Positions 37,590 through 47,306 are shown, counted from the stretch's first letter. The stretch is DNA of 61,471 nucleotides from a virus (IMGVR_UViG_3300012665_001805); one strand, 5' to 3'. Made by a program: numbers and translations. Notes: a model not told the origin generated them from the sequence alone.

Positions 37590-40500
37590 TTATAATTTGT
37601 ACCAATCCATAGATGGTCTAAATTTCATCATCCAGTTAGAAGAGGTTGTGGTATTTTTATAATAACAATGTCCTAATACTTGAACTATTCCTGTACTTGG
37701 GGAAGAGGTTGACATGTCTCCAGTTACAGAACCTTGTCTTATATACACTGGTAGTCCAGAGTCTGCAAGTTGTACTTGTGGTCCATATGTTCCAGAATCA
37801 TCTATAAGTACATGCCCTTCTAATAATACCTTACAAGTTTCACCACCTGTGTCAACATCGAACACGATCCCAACCATTTTACCATATAGGTTTGTATCAG
37901 TTTGATTATACGTGTACCAAAATCCATCATCTCTTAAATAAACTAATTGAAAATCTGAAGGATATCCTGATCCTGCTGAGGTTATTTTTCCTTCAATTAT
38001 ATCTCCGAAACAAGTATCTGAGGAAGGAGTTCCACTACTTACTGCATCTTGAAGAGCTATTAATTTATCATCTTTTTGATAAGATGGGGAATATATATAG
38101 TAATCACTACCCCACTGAAGTGTTTTTATACCTCCTGGGGATCTTAATGTTCTATTTTCCCAATCTATTGAAACATTAGTTGATGAATCACTTAATTGTC
38201 TAAAATCCCAAAGTGCTGAGTCTACGCCGGAAGAATCATATAATGTTCTGTTATCCCAATTTATTGAGTCTACTTCAACATTATCATATGCTACACGTGT
38301 ATCCCAATCTATAGACATAGATGTAGTTAGGGATTTTAAATACCCTGCACCCCATTGAACAGTTGTTACACCTCCAAATGATGGAGCTGTTAATGAATAT
38401 CCTGTAAACCAGTTAACTGAAGCAATGCTATTATCATCATATAATTCTCCGGCACCCCAGTCAACTGTTGTATAAATACCAGCCTTAAGTGTTGTATTGG
38501 ATGTATTAATTCCATTTCCAGTTGAACCTGATGTGATTAGAGAGCCGGAGATGAGTAGGTCACCTCCTGTAGTAAGGCGCATTCTTTCTTTACCAGAAGT
38601 ACCAAATACTATATTTCTATCCATATCAGATACTGTAGAGTAACCTGATAAGTCTATGTAACTTTTAACATTAGCTGCAGTTCCACCACCAGCCGATACT
38701 CTTAGGAATCCATCATCTGCATTTGGTGATGTAACACTGTATCCTCGTACTTCTCCGTTTGTAAGAGTTCCTGCGGATACTGCTGGGCGGGTTGAGGCAT
38801 TAGAAAGTCCACTATTGGATGCTATTGATCCATTTGTGTCAATTTTTGCTGAGGTTGAAGTTGTACCAACACCTAATGTACCATTAATATATGTTATACC
38901 TGATGTACCTCCAGTAAGTTGTAAATAGGTTGCTGTATCATTAGATACTGCTCCTCGCATTCTAACATTACCTTCAAAATATGAACCACCAGATCCATTT
39001 GAATAAAAATAAGAAGGACCACCAGCTACTATTCCAGAACCATCACCAGTAATATAATTACCCCCAGCATTTGAAGGATAGAATATAGATGCACTTACAG
39101 ATCCACTTACATGTAATTTAGCTCCTGGGGTTGCAAAACCAATACTTAAGTTACCCTCTGGGGTTAAACGCATTAATTCAGAGTAGTTAAGTGCACTATA
39201 TGATGAAGTAGATGCGGCATAACCAAATGTTAAGTCTGGTGTTACATCTCTATCGTTTCGTATTCTATATCCGGAGGAAGTACTAACTCCGGTATGTGCT
39301 ACAAATTCTAGTTTAGCTCCCCCATTAGAGGTGGAAGATCCTAAATATGCACCATCAAAGTTATATGTACCTCTTACACGTAATGCTTTTTGAGTACCTG
39401 TTGCACCTATATCAACTAATTGAGTTGGATTTGTGTTTGAAACCCCTACGCTACCACCACCATATGCAAGAAATACATTATTGTATCTTCCTATATATGT
39501 GTTACTAGCATTATCATTTGCTAAATATAAATTAGCACTATCTAGATAACCAATTTCTGAGGTTCTATTATATGTAGTATCAGTTAAAGTTAATAAAGTT
39601 GTTGTATCTTGTAAATGTAATTTAGAGGAAGGGGATGTTGTACCAATACCTACATCAGTACCATTATCAAATATTTGGCTATTTCCAATAGTAGTACCAC
39701 TAGTAAACTTAGATACATAATTTGTTGTACCTGCTACTGCAGCGGTTGATGTTGCATATGAAGCACTTAATGCGTATGAACTTGATACAGCATTTAAAAC
39801 ATATGATGCTGTTATAGCATTTTGAACATATGAAGCTGTTCTAGCATATGATGCGCTTATTGCATTTAAAACATATGAAGCGGTTTGTGCTGTTACTACA
39901 TAAGATGCTGTTTGAGCATTTAAAACATAAGATGCGGTAGCAGCCGTAGTTGAATTTAATGCATATGAAGCCGAAGCAGCTTGATTCGCATATGATGCTG
40001 TTGCTGTTAATAAATTAGTAGTAGCATTAAATGTTAATGTATTTGAATCAACTCTTGCTGCTCTATTACCCGTAGTACCATCAACAAACATAAGATAATA
40101 TGGACCAGTACCTGATGTAGTATCTGTTACTGCTATATTATTTGCATTAGTTGCAGTAACTGTATTTGTTGAGTTTAAAGCATATGAACTTGAAATTGCG
40201 TTTAAAACGTATGAAGCTGTTTGAGCATTTAAAACATAAGAAGCCGTGGCTGCGTTAGTAGAGGTGAAGGCATATGCACTTGATACAGCATTTAAAATAT
40301 ATGATGCACTAACTGCGTTAGTAGCGTTTAAAGCATATGAACTTGATACAGCATTTAAAACATATGATGCACTAACTGCGTTTTGAACGTATGAAGCAGT
40401 GAAAGATGTATTTGATTGGACAGCATATGAAGCACTTAATGCTTGAGTTGCATACGACGATGTTCCAAGCAATGATCCTGTAAGTGAGGTTGCCCAAACA

Positions 40501-41297
40501 TTTCCGTTTACAGTGAAAGAAGCTGAACTTGGGTTTGTTGTGTTTAATCCTAGCTTACTACCAGAACCATATAGCACCGATCCATTACTTCCTAGTTTTA
40601 TAGCTCCTACTGTAACATCTTGTACACCATAGATACCCATAGTATTTACTACGTTGATATCATATAATGCAGCATCATCCCCACCTTGAAAGTACATACC
40701 TCCATTTGGTTGAGCATAAATTATACCGGTTGTAGTTAATGAACCCGTTATTACTGCATTTCCCACATATGGGAAAACTGAACCTCCTGTTGTTGAAACT
40801 GTTATAATATTACCACCTGAATCTACTGCTAAATTAGCAGTTGCAGTTCCAGGGAATGAAGATACAGCAGTATATGCAGGTAACTGCATTTGCTTGGTTT
40901 GTAGGTTCCATTGAGTTACTAAGGCATCACTACCGGCATTTGTACCTCTTAATATTCTAATTTGGTTTTGCCATACGTCGATAAATGAAGCTGAGGTGTA
41001 TAAACCACCACTAGCGTTTAATCCTAATTGGCCTCCTTCTCCTGTTCCTCCTGAAGGGGATGGGCCTAATGTTAATGTATTTTCAGTTGATCCTAAAGAA
41101 CTTGATCCTACTGTTAATGAACCTGTTATTAATACATTTTGATTAAGTGTATTAACATATGAAGCTGTAGTAGCAAATGAAGCAGAAGTTGCTGTTAAAG
41201 CACTTCCTGATAATGAACCTGTAAATCCTGCAGTTGCAGTTACAGAGGTAAGGACTGCACTCGAGCCCGAGACTATGACTTTTTTCCAGTTTGGCAT
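37590..41297 (-). CDS. Long tail fibre protein
   Basis: 1235 aa; ASY nonad repeats, VGIGTTSPSSKLH / ERMRL..GG fibre shaft motifs, SIDWENRTL repeats, C-terminal G.IVQVLG.C domain. Confidence 0.8.
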   Translation of the reverse strand: MPNWKKVIVSGSSAVLTSVTATAGFTGSLSGSALTATSASFATTASYVNTLNQNVLITGSLTVGSSSLGSTENTLTLGPSPSGGTGEGGQLGLNASGGLYTSASFIDVWQNQIRILRGTNAGSDALVTQWNLQTKQMQLPAYTAVSSFPGTATANLAVDSGGNIITVSTTGGSVFPYVGNAVITGSLTTTGIIYAQPNGGMYFQGGDDAALYDINVVNTMGIYGVQDVTVGAIKLGSNGSVLYGSGSKLGLNTTNPSSASFTVNGNVWATSLTGSLLGTSSYATQALSASYAVQSNTSFTASYVQNAVSASYVLNAVSSSYALNATNAVSASYILNAVSSAYAFTSTNAATASYVLNAQTASYVLNAISSSYALNSTNTVTATNANNIAVTDTTSGTGPYYLMFVDGTTGNRAARVDSNTLTFNATTNLLTATASYANQAASASYALNSTTAATASYVLNAQTASYVVTAQTASYVLNAISASYARTASYVQNAITASYVLNAVSSSYALSASYATSTAAVAGTTNYVSKFTSGTTIGNSQIFDNGTDVGIGTTSPSSKLHLQDTTTLLTLTDTTYNRTSEIGYLDSANLYLANDNASNTYIGRYNNVFLAYGGGSVGVSNTNPTQLVDIGATGTQKALRVRGTYNFDGAYLGSSTSNGGAKLEFVAHTGVSTSSGYRIRNDRDVTPDLTFGYAASTSSYSALNYSELMRLTPEGNLSIGFATPGAKLHVSGSVSASIFYPSNAGGNYITGDGSGIVAGGPSYFYSNGSGGSYFEGNVRMRGAVSNDTATYLQLTGGTSGITYINGTLGVGTTSTSAKIDTNGSIASNSGLSNASTRPAVSAGTLTNGEVRGYSVTSPNADDGFLRVSAGGGTAANVKSYIDLSGYSTVSDMDRNIVFGTSGKERMRLTTGGDLLISGSLITSGSTGNGINTSNTTLKAGIYTTVDWGAGELYDDNSIASVNWFTGYSLTAPSFGGVTTVQWGAGYLKSLTTSMSIDWDTRVAYDNVEVDSINWDNRTLYDSSGVDSALWDFRQLSDSSTNVSIDWENRTLRSPGGIKTLQWGSDYYIYSPSYQKDDKLIALQDAVSSGTPSSDTCFGDIIEGKITSAGSGYPSDFQLVYLRDDGFWYTYNQTDTNLYGKMVGIVFDVDTGGETCKVLLEGHVLIDDSGTYGPQVQLADSGLPVYIRQGSVTGDMSTSSPSTGIVQVLGHCYYKNTTTSSNWMMKFRPSMDWYKL

Positions 41298-41305
41298 TTA
41301 ATATG

Positions 41306-41372
41306 TTTATTACGGTTGGTTATACAGAATATGCTGTATCCACTTCTCTTTCGAGCCTATAATACGGCAATA
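41306..41372 (-). ncRNA. Candidate structured 5' leader RNA
   Basis: Coding strand TTATTGC...CTCGAAAGAG...GTGGATACAG-CATATT-CTGTATAACCA...GTAATAA: GNRA hairpin, second stem and closing helix. Confidence 0.45.
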
Positions 41373-41378
41373 AATATA

Positions 41379-41618
41379 TTATGGTTTTTTTCTGGTTGAA
41401 GGTTTAGTATCTTCATGTTGGATCATTTGTTGAAGTCCTAACATTTTGGCTTCTTCTTCAGCTTTGATCATTTGAACAATTTCTTCAAGTTCTTGTTCTA
41501 ATTTCATTTGGATATGAGCACAAAATTTAGCATCCTTTCCTTGAATAGGAACGGTCTCAAGTGCTTGTCGTAAAAAATTTAATTCAGCGTGTGAAAAATC
41601 AATAGAAAATAAATTCAT
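41379..41618 (-). CDS. Small coiled-coil protein
   Basis: 79-aa ORF, EL.FLRQALE pattern; paired with 41625..41813. Confidence 0.6.
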   Translation of the reverse strand: MNLFSIDFSHAELNFLRQALETVPIQGKDAKFCAHIQMKLEQELEEIVQMIKAEEEAKMLGLQQMIQHEDTKPSTRKKP

Positions 41619-41624
41619 ATATTA

Positions 41625-41813
41625 TTATTTAGTCTGTTCTATGTATTGGCTTTGTAGCTTAACGACTAAATTATATAAAGGTTCTATATCTTCTCCAAGG
41701 AAGTTTGTTCTTTTTATCATAGAAAGTAAAACCTCTATTTCTTGGGTTGATAATTGGTTTGGGGCCAATTCTATTTGTGATGGTTTTGGTGTGATTCTGT
41801 CTAAAATTCCCAT
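41625..41813 (-). CDS. Small protein (possible fibre chaperone)
   Basis: 62-aa ORF, LSTQEIEVLL...F.GEDIE.LYNLVVKLQ. Confidence 0.6.
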   Translation of the reverse strand: MGILDRITPKPSQIELAPNQLSTQEIEVLLSMIKRTNFLGEDIEPLYNLVVKLQSQYIEQTK

Positions 41814-41824
41814 AACATTAATTT

Positions 41825-41865
41825 AAAAAAATAAGGGGTAGACATTACGCCTACCCCATTTTATT
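41825..41865 (-). terminator. Intrinsic terminator
   Basis: Minus strand GGGGTAG-GCGTAATGT-CTACCCC followed by TTATTTTTTT. Confidence 0.8.
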
Positions 41866-43327
41866 AAGCGTAAATATAAATATCTCCTGTATCTGTTTTA
41901 ACATGTATATTACCAAATCCATTTGAAGCCCCTCCGTAAACTGGTGCCGCTGATGGGACTGCTGTACTTACTTCTGTTGTAGTAACATAAGCAGCAGCGG
42001 TATATGAAGGTGAAGCAGCATTAAATGATGATGTGAATCCCCATCTATTAATAGAGTTTTCATATCCAAATAGTTCACCTACGTTTTGAACAGCTTGTTG
42101 AATTACGATACCACCATCTCCTGCTGTATTTGAACCTGAAGCGAATAATACGAATCTATCTGAGACTTCTAAGTTGGTTGTATTTTGGAATGAAGCTGTA
42201 CCTTGTACTGTTAAGTTACCTGTAATTACTTCATTACCAGTTACTGTTAATGTAGTACCATCAAATGTTAAGTTACCTTCACCATTAATTGTACCACCAC
42301 CAGTTGCGGTTAATACTCTATTATCTGTATTATTGGTAACGTTATTAGCAATACTTGAAACTGTAGCTGCTAATGAAGCACTTACTGCGTTTAATACGTA
42401 AGATGCAGTTACAGCATTTAAAACATATGAAGCACTTACTGCATTTAAAACATATGATGCTGTAGTAGCAGTAGTAGCAGCTAAAGCATATGAAGCAGAA
42501 TTTGCTTGATTAGCATATGATGAAGTTGCTGTTAATGTATTTGTAGTAGCATTAAACGTTAATGTTGTAGAATCAACACGAACGGCTCTGTTACCTGTAG
42601 TACCATCAGCAAACATTACATAATAAGGTCCTGTACCAGTTGTAGTATCAGTTACGGCTACGTTAGTTGCATTGGTTGCATTCGTTGAATTTAATGCATT
42701 TGTTGCATATGAAGCACTTATAGCATTCAATACATAAGATGCTGTATTTGCTGAGTTAGCTGTAGTAGCGTAAGAAGCACTTACTGCATTTAATACGTAA
42801 GAGGCAGTTTGAGCAGTAACAACATATGAAGCAGTATTAGCATTTAAAGCTACTGAAGCGTATGAAGCGGTACCTGTTAAGTTACCTAAAAATGATGCTG
42901 TAACTCCAGTTACTGAAATTTGTGATGCTAATGCTAAGCTATCTGAACCTTCAACTGTTAAGTTAGTACCTGCTAAGTCAGTTAATAAGTTACCATAGGT
43001 AACATATTTGTTAGCACCATCATTAATAAAGAATTGATCGGTTGATGCTAAGTCAGTTTTAGCGGTAGTTGGGAAGATAGCAGTTGCTGTAACACCTGTT
43101 AATCCAGCACCATTACCTTGGAATGAACCACTAAATGAACCAGAGTGTACTAATCCTGTAGCATTTGTTGTTGCTACAATATTACCTGTACCGTTAATTG
43201 CTGTTGTGGTTAAGTTACCCGCGGTACCACCACCTATTACTACTTGTCCTGATGTTAGGCCGTCTACCTGTACGTTTGCTAGGTTGGCTGTACTACCCGA
43301 GACTATTACTTTTTTCCACTGTGCCAT
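41864..43327 (-). CDS. Tail fibre/collar protein
   Basis: MAQWKKVIVSGS N-terminus shared with the long fibre; ASY repeats; TDNRVLTATG...NLTFDG; TTNLEVSDRF motif. Confidence 0.72.
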   Translation of the reverse strand: MAQWKKVIVSGSTANLANVQVDGLTSGQVVIGGGTAGNLTTTAINGTGNIVATTNATGLVHSGSFSGSFQGNGAGLTGVTATAIFPTTAKTDLASTDQFFINDGANKYVTYGNLLTDLAGTNLTVEGSDSLALASQISVTGVTASFLGNLTGTASYASVALNANTASYVVTAQTASYVLNAVSASYATTANSANTASYVLNAISASYATNALNSTNATNATNVAVTDTTTGTGPYYVMFADGTTGNRAVRVDSTTLTFNATTNTLTATSSYANQANSASYALAATTATTASYVLNAVSASYVLNAVTASYVLNAVSASLAATVSSIANNVTNNTDNRVLTATGGGTINGEGNLTFDGTTLTVTGNEVITGNLTVQGTASFQNTTNLEVSDRFVLFASGSNTAGDGGIVIQQAVQNVGELFGYENSINRWGFTSSFNAASPSYTAAAYVTTTEVSTAVPSAAPVYGGASNGFGNIHVKTDTGDIYIYA

Positions 43328-43346
43328 ATTGATGTTTTATTTTTAT

Positions 43347-43354
43347 TATAAATA
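43347..43354 (-). promoter_or_regulatory. Putative late promoter motif
   Basis: Exact TATTTATA upstream of 41864..43327. Confidence 0.6.
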
Positions 43355-43361
43355 TATAGAA

Positions 43362-43703
43362 TTACTCTAGACCGATAAAAAGTGACGAAGAAGTGAAATA
43401 AATTCCACCAACGGGTGCAGTACCTGTAAGCTCCTGGGATTGGGTTGCTAAAATTATAACACCACTTTGAGATACTGAAAAGACAGGTACATTATTATTG
43501 GTAATTAAAAATATTGTTGATCCAACATCTACACTAGCTGAGATACTTCCTGTAGCTATTCTAAATGTAGGACCTCCTCCACCTCCACCATTCATGGCAT
43601 AAGAAGCAGTCAATGCGTAATTCGCATATGATGAAGTTCCAAATAACGAACCCGTTATCTCATAGAACCCTGATCGTAACTGTTCCGGTTTAATTAATGC
43701 CAT
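43362..43703 (-). CDS. Small virion appendage protein
   Basis: 113 aa, ITGSLFGTSSYA motif, GGIYFTSSSLFIGLE C-terminus. Confidence 0.6.
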   Translation of the reverse strand: MALIKPEQLRSGFYEITGSLFGTSSYANYALTASYAMNGGGGGGPTFRIATGSISASVDVGSTIFLITNNNVPVFSVSQSGVIILATQSQELTGTAPVGGIYFTSSSLFIGLE

Positions 43704-43704
43704 T

Positions 43705-43848
43705 TTATTTTCCTTGTGATGCGTATGCTTTTACGTAATTTTTGCTATTTTTACTTTTACTTGATTTTGATTTCGCGTGAACACCTGGATTTTTCTTTTT
43801 AGGTTTTCTCACGAATGAAACTGCTGCTTGTCCTTTTGCCTTTGCCAT
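43705..43848 (-). CDS. Small basic protein (47 aa, not in ORF track)
   Basis: MAKAKGQAAVSFVRKPKKKNPGVHAKSKSSKSKNSKNYVKAYASQGK*; AATATTTATG motif 5 nt upstream; stop is 1 nt before the next ATG. Confidence 0.75.
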   Translation of the reverse strand: MAKAKGQAAVSFVRKPKKKNPGVHAKSKSSKSKNSKNYVKAYASQGK

Positions 43849-43868
43849 TTTGTCATAAATATTAAACG

Positions 43869-45137
43869 TTAACTACTAAATTTTCCAATTGCTATTATCT
43901 CGTCAGATGAATCTAAACTATATCCTAATTGGGAAGGATTTATTACTAAAGTTGATGTATTTACACCTTCTGTGAATGAAACTATAGCTGAACTTTCTAT
44001 AAGGGCACCATTGCAGAAGAAAGTGAAATTATTTACAGATGTAGTTGGTAACCCTGCAGGAGCAGGTAACCATCCACTTGCAAAAGTAACAGTAAATGTA
44101 TTCACATATGTTCCTGTTTTCTGGATGTTTGTTCCTAGGTAAGCTATAGTTTGAGCATTAAGAGTACCTCCACCACCACCTCCACCAGCAGGGCCAGGGA
44201 ATGTTGTTGTTGATTTTCTTTTTGCAGTAGTCATTAATTCATTTGTTCCACCTACAGTTTCTAATCCAATTACAACTTGTGCTTTACTGTTATATTTTTT
44301 TAGAGCTGTTACTTCTTTCTGAACTGTGTCAGGAACTATATAACCAAATAATTTGATTGTAAATGTACCTTTAACAATACGATTGGAATTATCAGAAATT
44401 TCTATAGCAGTAGAATATGAATCAATAGATGCTTTAAACTTAAAGCGTTCAGGATCACCCCAATATGAATCGGAAGCATAATTAACCGCTTCAACAATTT
44501 TGTTTAATTGTTCTACATAATATGTTTGTATAGTACAATTATATGTTAAATTTACATAATCTGGGACTACGTTTACTATAAATTGTTCTACTGGGTTTCT
44601 GTTAGTTAATACACTAAAGTTTGAGTAGGCATTTCTAGTACTGTATGATTTTTTCCAAGAAGTATATAGGTGAGGTGTATTAGCATCTAATTTGTTTGTT
44701 AAAGAACGATTTTTTTCCATCGTATCTCTTTTAAACATAATTAAAGGTGACATAATAGCACCACTTTTATCTTTATAGTAACCATCTTTTGATACTGATT
44801 TCCATTTTTCAGGTGAACCATATATAACAGGTACCTCTATTCTAACACCATTTTGATAAACATATGGACGAATAACATTTTGGAAATAGTACATTATTGA
44901 TTCATCAATATCTTGTAAACCTAATGTAAATGGTTTGGTAGTGTCCCCTTTAAAGGACATTTGTTCTGAACGGTTAAAACCAACACCGTTCTGTTCGTTT
45001 GCAGTAAATTGATTAAAGTCAGAAGGTATGTTAGGATTACCTAACGATTCATCTGTTTCAGGGAAGATATATGGATCCACCTGATCATTTGAGATCTGCT
45101 TTTGACTTTTTGGGTTTGGTTTTCTAGCTGATGGCAT
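43869..45137 (-). CDS. Tail completion/sheath stabiliser (gp15-like)
   Basis: VPVIYGSPEKW, PLIMFKR, VPDYVNLTY...YVEQLNKIVE; follows neck genes. Confidence 0.7.
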   Translation of the reverse strand: MPSARKPNPKSQKQISNDQVDPYIFPETDESLGNPNIPSDFNQFTANEQNGVGFNRSEQMSFKGDTTKPFTLGLQDIDESIMYYFQNVIRPYVYQNGVRIEVPVIYGSPEKWKSVSKDGYYKDKSGAIMSPLIMFKRDTMEKNRSLTNKLDANTPHLYTSWKKSYSTRNAYSNFSVLTNRNPVEQFIVNVVPDYVNLTYNCTIQTYYVEQLNKIVEAVNYASDSYWGDPERFKFKASIDSYSTAIEISDNSNRIVKGTFTIKLFGYIVPDTVQKEVTALKKYNSKAQVVIGLETVGGTNELMTTAKRKSTTTFPGPAGGGGGGGTLNAQTIAYLGTNIQKTGTYVNTFTVTFASGWLPAPAGLPTTSVNNFTFFCNGALIESSAIVSFTEGVNTSTLVINPSQLGYSLDSSDEIIAIGKFSS

Positions 45138-45139
45138 GT

Positions 45140-45712
45140 TTATAATCTTTCTCTTGTAATTTGTACTTTATCTGCAGGAACATAATGACAGAAACAAATA
45201 ATTGATAAGTTTGTGCCAAAGTTTTCCAATCCTGGATTTAATGGGTTTTGATCATATGGGTATGCTGGGTCTTTTCCAACAAATAATTGATTATCATTTG
45301 TATTATCAACTTCCCAATATGAATTGTTCCACATAATTATATCACCTACATCAGGGACGATATCTGCTCCATAAGGTGTTCCATCGTAATTAGCTATATC
45401 AGGACCTCCACCATAAGGATCAGGATTTTTACCACGTAAATCATCACGTAAAAATCTAAATTCCATTGGACGATCATAATCTACACCAAAATCACTAACT
45501 GGGGATGAGTTATCTCCTCTTACAATTAAAGTATTAAGTAATATTGGTCCAGTATAATATCTAGCACCTGCAGCTTCACCATACATGTTAACTTTGGTTT
45601 TATCTGCTCTTAATTGATAATAAGCACATTCTTGGGAAATAATATCCCACATCAACTCTCGGTTAATTTGTCTCAATAAAGAAACATCACGTTGTGTACC
45701 AAATAATGCCAT
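45140..45712 (-). CDS. Neck/head-closure protein (gp14-like)
   Basis: TKVNMYGEA, DFGVD, PDVGDII.W...YWEV; position after gp13-like gene. Confidence 0.65.
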   Translation of the reverse strand: MALFGTQRDVSLLRQINRELMWDIISQECAYYQLRADKTKVNMYGEAAGARYYTGPILLNTLIVRGDNSSPVSDFGVDYDRPMEFRFLRDDLRGKNPDPYGGGPDIANYDGTPYGADIVPDVGDIIMWNNSYWEVDNTNDNQLFVGKDPAYPYDQNPLNPGLENFGTNLSIICFCHYVPADKVQITRERL

Positions 45713-45713
45713 A

Positions 45714-46859
45714 TTATCCTATAAAAATTGTCATTGGGACATCTGCTAATATATTTTTTTGGCTACTAGCTTCTGCCTCTTTATTTGCAAGTAATGTCTT
45801 GCGAGATGTTGTATCAAAATACGCTCTTAAACGCTCAATTAATGCTGTTTTTTCACTTGTTGCAGCTGAAATTAAATCACTTTGATTTAAAGTTACTTCA
45901 GCTCCTGGGATAGGGATAGTAGCATATTTTCCTCTAACATATCCTAAAATTTCTTTAACTATTGATAAAGCATATTCAAAAGCCCATTGACGACCAATCG
46001 AGTTTATCGTTGAATAAGTTGGGTTATTATATGGAACATTGGAAGCATTAGTGATAATATTTTGACCGTTTCTATTCACGTAAGGTTGGTTACGATCAGA
46101 TACTAAAAGATATTCAAAACGTAAATGATGAAGTCCTTGTGGTATTGGAAATATTCTTAATTGGTTATTTACTAATTCAAAAGTATATTGAGATTTTCTG
46201 ATTTGGTCATTAAATTCAATTGCTTGTATTTTTTGCATATCATAACTGATAGGCATTAACATGAAATTAATAGCAGGGGAATATGATCCCCAACCAAATG
46301 AGTCCATCATTTGCATCATTCCTGTACCTGTACCTGCATATGGGTCAAAGTAGCGAGTAATTGCTGGGGGTGCTTCATAAAATACACGTCTAATTTCAAT
46401 TCGACCTTGAATATTATTATCAAGAGCCCATTGGTTCATGTCGTAATTTTGTTCTCCACCTCTTAATATAATGGATCCAGTGTGATAAGGTATAGTACCA
46501 CCAACACCAGCTTCAGTTCCATATTGATTTGAAAGTAAAACAACATTTGCTAAGTTCTCTTGAACTAAATTATTATTACCTACTTCAATATTTGTTGGAG
46601 CACCTTGAAATGAAAGTAAATTTTCAGCTACTTGGTAAGCATACATCTCATTTCCATAAGTTGTAATTGCTTCCTCAAATGCAGCATAAAAGTTTAGATC
46701 TTGTAATTCGATTTCAACTAAAGGATATCCCAATCTGCGAGAAGCAAATACTGCAAATTTATCAATATCGGTTTGAAATTGAGGATCAGTGTCATAAAAT
46801 CCAAAAGGTGTTTCACCTGGTTGGAATGAGCTTGAGCCTGGCCAAATTGGAATATTCAT
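45714..46859 (-). CDS. Neck protein (gp13-like)
   Basis: RRLGYPLVEIEL, WAFEYALSIVKEILG.VRGKY..IPIPG.EVTLN...L; typical T4-like neck motifs. Confidence 0.8.
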   Translation of the reverse strand: MNIPIWPGSSSFQPGETPFGFYDTDPQFQTDIDKFAVFASRRLGYPLVEIELQDLNFYAAFEEAITTYGNEMYAYQVAENLLSFQGAPTNIEVGNNNLVQENLANVVLLSNQYGTEAGVGGTIPYHTGSIILRGGEQNYDMNQWALDNNIQGRIEIRRVFYEAPPAITRYFDPYAGTGTGMMQMMDSFGWGSYSPAINFMLMPISYDMQKIQAIEFNDQIRKSQYTFELVNNQLRIFPIPQGLHHLRFEYLLVSDRNQPYVNRNGQNIITNASNVPYNNPTYSTINSIGRQWAFEYALSIVKEILGYVRGKYATIPIPGAEVTLNQSDLISAATSEKTALIERLRAYFDTTSRKTLLANKEAEASSQKNILADVPMTIFIG

Positions 46860-46868
46860 ATTATATTA

Positions 46869-47306
46869 TTAAGTTGTTGCTATAAAATATTCAATCGTCG
46901 CTGCAGATCCTGATGGTTCTACTGAGATTTCATTAATGAAATCATTAAATGTAAAGCTATTTTCTGTAACTTTACTTCCACTAGCTAATGCTGTAGATAG
47001 AATAAAAGAACTATTAGCCCCTATTAAAAAAGTTTCATTAGTATTATTTACTGTATTTACAAGTAATTTTACTGTAGTATTAGATTTGTTAGATATTCTA
47101 CCATATTTAAAACTACCAGTTGAAAATACAGCAGCATCTATACTACTAGAAGCAAATAAAAATAATCCAGTATATGATCCTGTTGGACAAGTTAAAATTC
47201 TACCATCAATACCATTGATATTAGATATTGTTTGGACAGTAGATATTCCTCTATTAATATTGTCTAAAGTAATTTCTTCAGTAACTGTTACGTATAAGTT
47301 AGCCAT
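46869..47306 (-). CDS. Hypothetical structural protein
   Basis: 145-aa beta-rich ORF with own upstream motif. Confidence 0.55.
   Translation of the reverse strand: MANLYVTVTEEITLDNINRGISTVQTISNINGIDGRILTCPTGSYTGLFLFASSSIDAAVFSTGSFKYGRISNKSNTTVKLLVNTVNNTNETFLIGANSSFILSTALASGSKVTENSFTFNDFINEISVEPSGSAATIEYFIATT

Noticed and set aside
39765-40460. CRISPR-like periodic repeats
   Set aside because: Period is 27 bp, in frame, degenerate and without unique spacers; these are protein repeats.
37320-42880. Possible diversity-generating retroelement TR/VR pair among fibre repeats
   Set aside because: Both copies are coding, differences are largely synonymous and not adenine-specific, and no reverse transcriptase is in the window.
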